Source: Candidatus Thalassarchaeaceae archaeon (GTDB taxonomy: Archaea; Thermoplasmatota; Poseidoniia; Poseidoniales; Thalassarchaeaceae). Taken from it: a DNA stretch of 27,804 nt. This document shows positions 23,953 through 27,804 of the stretch, in pieces; position 1 is the stretch's first letter; every line of letters begins with the position of its first letter. Both the position numbers and the translations under genes were made by a program. The DNA lies in the NCBI GenBank assembly GCA_030747675.1, contig JASLKH010000023.1, positions 1 to 27,804 of the forward strand, read 5' to 3'. The notes below the pieces were generated by a model. That model ran no database searches. It was not told the origin of the DNA and saw nothing but the letters and a program-made list of their open reading frames with translations.

Positions 23953-26636
23953 GCACTGGCCTCCGTAGCATTAGTTCGTTTCATATAAATCCAAGAGAAA
24001 GCAATTAGCATCAAGAAGATGATTACTGACCATGCAGCAGCAAGACCATAGTTCCCTCCACTTGCGGGGGCAAAGGCTACGTCGTAGACATACGTAATCA
24101 AAATGTCAGTTTCTCCAGGTTGACCTTGCCCTGCCTCTGGCTTACCTCCAGTCAACAAGTAAATTACATTGAACATGTTAAATGTCCAAATAAATCCAAG
24201 TAAAGAAAGAGGTACAATTGCACTCTTCAAATTTGGTAAGGTCAAATATCTAAATTGAGCCCAAGTTCCAATACCATCGACTTCTGCAGCTTCGTACATA
24301 TCACGAGGTAATGCCTGTAATGCCCCGCTTAATGACATCATCATGAAGGGGACACCCAGCCAAATATTGACTAAAATAACCAATGTTTGGGCTTCAACCA
24401 CTCTCGAAGAATCGTCAAGGAACATGATTTGAGTTCCAAGTAAATCATTAATCAGACCTGCAGGCTCCAACATACCCTTCCAAATTAGAACTGAAATGTA
24501 GGATGGAATCGCCCAAGGAAGGAGCAATGCAGTACGGTAAGCAACTCTCCCTCTGATTCTTGAATTGTTTAACAACATAGCCAATGCCAAGCCTAAACCA
24601 ACATGGAATACAACATTAGCTACTGTCCAAATTAGAGTGAACCCTGTCACTCGAAGGAAACCTGCGGATGTAAATACATCAATGAAATTTGCAAGTCCAA
24701 CAAAAGATTCCTCACCAAGGTGGCTTTTGTTAGCATCAGTAAATGATAGCCAAATCCCGTAACCTATTGGATAGAAGGTCAGAACTGCGAGTGCCAAAAG
24801 CGCTGGCGCGACATATACATGTGCTAATCGGCTACGAGTTTTTCCTTCTCTGGCATCTAACCATCGAAGACCTGCTAACAAGATTGTCAAAGAGAGAACT
24901 ATCGATACAATAGCGAAGAGAATGGGGGACATGTCGGGAGGTGGGGGTACTTCATCTGCAACATTTGTTTCACCTCCAAATGATTGAGTTGAAAGAACTT
25001 CGTCTGAGGCAAAAGCAACAACTTCAATGAAATGTAATTTCGCAGGTATCATGCCAGTAAGGTTACAACTCCATGTTCCTGCTGAGGAAGGTATTACTGC
25101 AATACCCTGATTATTGCGGAAGGCAGGAGTTCCATCAAAAGAGCAATCATCATATGATTCTCCGAAATTTGGTTGAGATAACTCTGTAATGTCGCCAACA
25201 AAGACCGAGGAATGGGAAACATTGTCAACTTTGATTTGATAATTTGTTGCATCCAATGTCGAATTAATGGTAATGGATATTCTACGATATCCCTCAATTA
25301 AAGATGGTTGTTGTGATGATTCGATTTCATCCAGCATGTCCTCTAACTCTTCATCTGCATCTCGTAACGCATCTAGTGAATCCACATCACCATACGCTTG
25401 CTCAATAGCAACTGAGAGAGGAGTGTATACCATTGCCATGCCAAGAGTTGTTGGGGCTGGAGTACCTACTGAAGTTTGATTGAGGTATCCTGAAATTACA
25501 GGATTCGATTGGATTTCAGGATCAGAATTTAGAATTACTTTGGTCGGCATCGTGTAGGTCTCAAGTGCAAATGATTTCTGAACATCAGTGGATGAAAGAT
25601 GTAGTGCCAACTCGACGGCTGCTATTTTTTGTGTACTTTGTTTACTCACGGACCACCCTTTGTAAGTGACCAATGGGGACATCCGTAATCCTGTATCCGA
25701 GACAATTGGTAGCAATGTCTGACCTATGTCCAACCTACTTGCTTCGTATGCTGGCCAGTTCCATGGTCCATCGACAATCATTGCTGCTTTCGATTGAATA
25801 AACTGAGACTTCATTGTTTCAGCTTTGGTTCCTAAAGCAATCAATCCTAAACTTTCAGGGTCATCTGAATCCTCTAAGTTCATCAACCAATCCATTGACT
25901 CTGCCGACCCATTGGAATCTAAAGTGGGAGTTCCATTCGAATCGAATAGAGAACCACCGAAACCGGATTGGATAGGAAACCACCAATACGCATCCTTGAT
26001 GGGTATTGCTAATCCATAAACATCACCAGAAGTCAAATTTTGGGCAGCTGAAATCAAATCTGATGTAGTCCAAGATGAATCAGGGTAATCCAATCCTTCA
26101 GAATCAAATAGGCCTTTGTTGTAAATTAAAGACAAGCAATCTTGACTAGCAGGGACACCATACAGTGAATTTCCAAAACGCATTGCATTCAAGGAATCTG
26201 AATCGAATGACTCCCGTTGAGCAGGTGTCAAATGGGGACGAAGGTCTTCAAGTAAGGGATATCCGTCGACCCTGACGTCTCCAATACTCCCCAATTGATC
26301 ACTAGAAAGACGTACCAAATCGGGTGCTTGACCACCAATTGCTGCTATCTCGAATTGGCTATTCATGTTTGAATATGCCTTTTGTGTTACTTCTACAGTG
26401 ACATTAGGGTACTGTGATTCAAATGAATAAATTGCAGCCATAAAAGTTGACTCTTCCTTGCTATCTGTAGAAAAAGAATACCAAACGTCAAGGGTAATAT
26501 CTTGACTTTCTGAAGGAGAATCTGCGCTACTTTCAGACTGCTCTTCAGAACCAATGCATCCAGGAGTGAGCAAAATTAGGCCGAGGATGATGACCCCCCA
26601 ACGCCTGCTCATAGACATGAATGGGCGAGGTCGCAT
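23949..26636 (-). CDS. Fusion of maltodextrin-binding protein (MalE-like SBP family 1), Fn3-like spacer and MalF-like permease, 895 aa
   Basis: Lipobox-type signal (RRWGVIILGLILLTPG-C27). SBP motifs GGQAPDLVR, LYGVP, LIYNKGL, AAMIVDGPW. Spacer ~24950-25320. Permease with YVAPA..TFYPI, LLPWAIPSYIS, LVNIWLGVPFMM, EAA loop LPRDMYEAAEVDG and FNMFNVIYLLTGG. Single uninterrupted frame. Confidence 0.9.
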   Translation of the reverse strand: MRPRPFMSMSRRWGVIILGLILLTPGCIGSEEQSESSADSPSESQDITLDVWYSFSTDSKEESTFMAAIYSFESQYPNVTVEVTQKAYSNMNSQFEIAAIGGQAPDLVRLSSDQLGSIGDVRVDGYPLLEDLRPHLTPAQRESFDSDSLNAMRFGNSLYGVPASQDCLSLIYNKGLFDSEGLDYPDSSWTTSDLISAAQNLTSGDVYGLAIPIKDAYWWFPIQSGFGGSLFDSNGTPTLDSNGSAESMDWLMNLEDSDDPESLGLIALGTKAETMKSQFIQSKAAMIVDGPWNWPAYEASRLDIGQTLLPIVSDTGLRMSPLVTYKGWSVSKQSTQKIAAVELALHLSSTDVQKSFALETYTMPTKVILNSDPEIQSNPVISGYLNQTSVGTPAPTTLGMAMVYTPLSVAIEQAYGDVDSLDALRDADEELEDMLDEIESSQQPSLIEGYRRISITINSTLDATNYQIKVDNVSHSSVFVGDITELSQPNFGESYDDCSFDGTPAFRNNQGIAVIPSSAGTWSCNLTGMIPAKLHFIEVVAFASDEVLSTQSFGGETNVADEVPPPPDMSPILFAIVSIVLSLTILLAGLRWLDAREGKTRSRLAHVYVAPALLALAVLTFYPIGYGIWLSFTDANKSHLGEESFVGLANFIDVFTSAGFLRVTGFTLIWTVANVVFHVGLGLALAMLLNNSRIRGRVAYRTALLLPWAIPSYISVLIWKGMLEPAGLINDLLGTQIMFLDDSSRVVEAQTLVILVNIWLGVPFMMMSLSGALQALPRDMYEAAEVDGIGTWAQFRYLTLPNLKSAIVPLSLLGFIWTFNMFNVIYLLTGGKPEAGQGQPGETDILITYVYDVAFAPASGGNYGLAAAWSVIIFLMLIAFSWIYMKRTNATEASA

Positions 26637-26642
26637 ATTGAT

Positions 26643-27329
26643 TCATTCCCCATCTTTGATGGGGAATGGTATATCTGGGAATATATGTGGCCAAAGCGAA
26701 CGACAATCTTTTTCTCGAACATGGGGGACGCCCGCATCTTCAAATCCAGTAATTGCACTTTCTTTCAAACCATTGAATCCAATGAAATGACTTCCGGGAA
26801 TTTGCATGGATAAATCAGTGACATTGTCACCGATGCTGACAATTTCAGAGGGTGAGAACTGGTTAATTCGAGCAAGTTTAGACACCATTTCACCCTTTCC
26901 ATGAGCAGGGACTCTCACAACACCATCATCTAGCAAAAATCCATCTTCATCATATTGAAATCCATTTGAAACCCAATCATCGACTTTGAGGAGTTTGGCA
27001 ATAGAACCAATCAGAAGATCTACTCCTGCACTCACAATAGCAACATACACGCCTTGTTCCTTTAGTGCCTCAACCAAATCTCTAGCCCCATCCATCAAAG
27101 TAACGCCTTGATAGCAACGCATCAATTCATCACGATGAATAGTTGATTGTACTGATTTCCATTTCCCTATATCATCAGCCATGAATTCTTTATCTGTAAG
27201 CTCACCACGGATAAATCGATCAAGCATTTCACCACTATCGGTGCCAAAGAAATCATGAATTATTCTCCATGATGATACGGTGTCAATTAGAACGCCATCA
27301 CAATCAAAACAAACAGCCTTGATTGCCAT
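26643..27329 (-). CDS. HAD-superfamily phosphatase (subfamily IB, phosphoserine-phosphatase-like), 228 aa
   Basis: Motif I FDCDGVLID, motif II VSAG, motif III K (HGKG), motif IV SIGDNVTD. GGTGA lies 4 nt before the ATG, and the stop is 6 nt before the next gene's start. Confidence 0.88.
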   Translation of the reverse strand: MAIKAVCFDCDGVLIDTVSSWRIIHDFFGTDSGEMLDRFIRGELTDKEFMADDIGKWKSVQSTIHRDELMRCYQGVTLMDGARDLVEALKEQGVYVAIVSAGVDLLIGSIAKLLKVDDWVSNGFQYDEDGFLLDDGVVRVPAHGKGEMVSKLARINQFSPSEIVSIGDNVTDLSMQIPGSHFIGFNGLKESAITGFEDAGVPHVREKDCRSLWPHIFPDIPFPIKDGE

Positions 27330-27333
27330 GAAA

Positions 27334-27338
27334 TCACC
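27334..27338 (-). promoter_or_regulatory. GGTGA Shine-Dalgarno-like site (representative; similar sites at 22699-22705, 21921-21928, 4981-4985)
   Basis: GGTGA or GGAGTGA found 4-5 nt upstream of four ATG starts. In malK and the amylase the TGA is also the upstream gene's stop codon. Confidence 0.65.
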
Positions 27339-27363
27339 AAAATATAGGGAAAGACGGGAGATT

Positions 27364-27439
27364 AATCCCCCTTCCTGCCGAAGCAGGAAGGGGGACTCAA
27401 GCGGGCACTTGCGCGCCCACTTGCCACCCTTTAGGTGGC
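27364..27439 (-). ncRNA. Candidate structured RNA element: three stacked hairpins with GCAA (GNRA) and C(UUCG)G tetraloops
   Basis: Minus strand: GCCACC-UAAAG-GGUGGC, AA, GUGGGCGC-GCAA-GUGCCCGC, UUG, AGUCCCCCUUCCUGC-UUCG-GCAGGAAGGGGGAUU. The G-U wobbles pair only on the minus strand. No family recognised. Confidence 0.55.
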
Positions 27440-27460
27440 CCCTGTGGTTATCTTAACGCC

Positions 27461-27802
27461 TCAGAATTGCGGCGAAATTGATGGTGGGTTGAACGAAGCA
27501 GTCCATGTCATCAATGTATACGAATTCCCACCAGCAGGATTGTACGATAGTATAATCGTAGCATCCTCAATGACTTCATTGCCATTTGCTGGATCTGTCA
27601 TTCGAATCTGAATGAAGTCGTTCGCACCGAATCCGGTGGAACAATCGACATTACAGTTGATTGAATCCTTGAACGTCACCAATTGATCGCTGTTAGACGG
27701 AACGAATCCGTATACACCAGCTGGGTTTGCTAGGCTAGTAGTATGTGTCTGTGCGACACCAGTGGAGTTCAACCACTGTACCTTCACAAACACAGCCTGT
27801 GT
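27461..27802 (-). CDS. C-terminal part of an uncharacterised protein (5' truncated by window edge); possibly pilin/archaellin-like or another exported beta-rich protein
   Basis: The frame stays open to the window end (..TQAVFVKVQW..). Composition is T/S/N/G-rich with a CxxxC pair. The pilin guess is weak because the diagnostic N-terminus is outside the window. Confidence 0.5.
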   Translation of the reverse strand, partial: TQAVFVKVQWLNSTGVAQTHTTSLANPAGVYGFVPSNSDQLVTFKDSINCNVDCSTGFGANDFIQIRMTDPANGNEVIEDATIILSYNPAGGNSYTLMTWTASFNPPSISPQF

Positions 27803-27804
27803 TG

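Noticed and set aside
27364-27450. Triple-hairpin element as a tRNA, c-di-GMP-I riboswitch, SRP fragment or hammerhead/twister ribozyme
   Set aside because: No TTC T-loop or anticodon arm geometry; only superficial similarity to GEMM (no GCAAA internal loop); no SRP helix-8 internal loop; no CUGANGA/GAAA or twister core.

Overview
Gene-dense archaeal chromosomal window. PolD small subunit, an archaeal-type tRNA-Val, GGTGA-type ribosome-binding sites and acidic surface proteins with GCTD repeats suggest Marine Group II / Poseidoniales (taxonomy is inference). The left ~9.6 kb is housekeeping: a zinc-ribbon protein end, a membrane protein, a compact SerK-like ParB/Srx protein, a class II (bacterial-type) tRNA nucleotidyltransferase, a GcvH-like protein lacking the lipoyl lysine, acyl-CoA dehydrogenase, a pcm-HEAT-pepE cluster, tRNA-Val(TAC), CinA/PncC and DP1. 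The right ~17.7 kb (9579-27329) is a contiguous alpha-glucan (starch/glycogen/pullulan/maltodextrin) utilisation locus. It holds a membrane-anchored GH57 amylopullulanase, cytoplasmic MalQ and glucan phosphorylase, and a five-gene minus-strand operon. That operon encodes a HAD phosphatase, a lipobox-SBP-Fn3-like-MalF fusion, an N-terminally extended MalG, a MalK without its C-terminal regulatory domain, and a ~1600-aa surface enzyme fusing CBM, GH13 and a beta-helix domain. Just upstream lies a 76-nt triple-hairpin element with GCAA and UUCG tetraloops on the sense strand. No CRISPR array, rRNA, integrase or transposase was seen. All family assignments come from motif recognition by eye; no searches were run.
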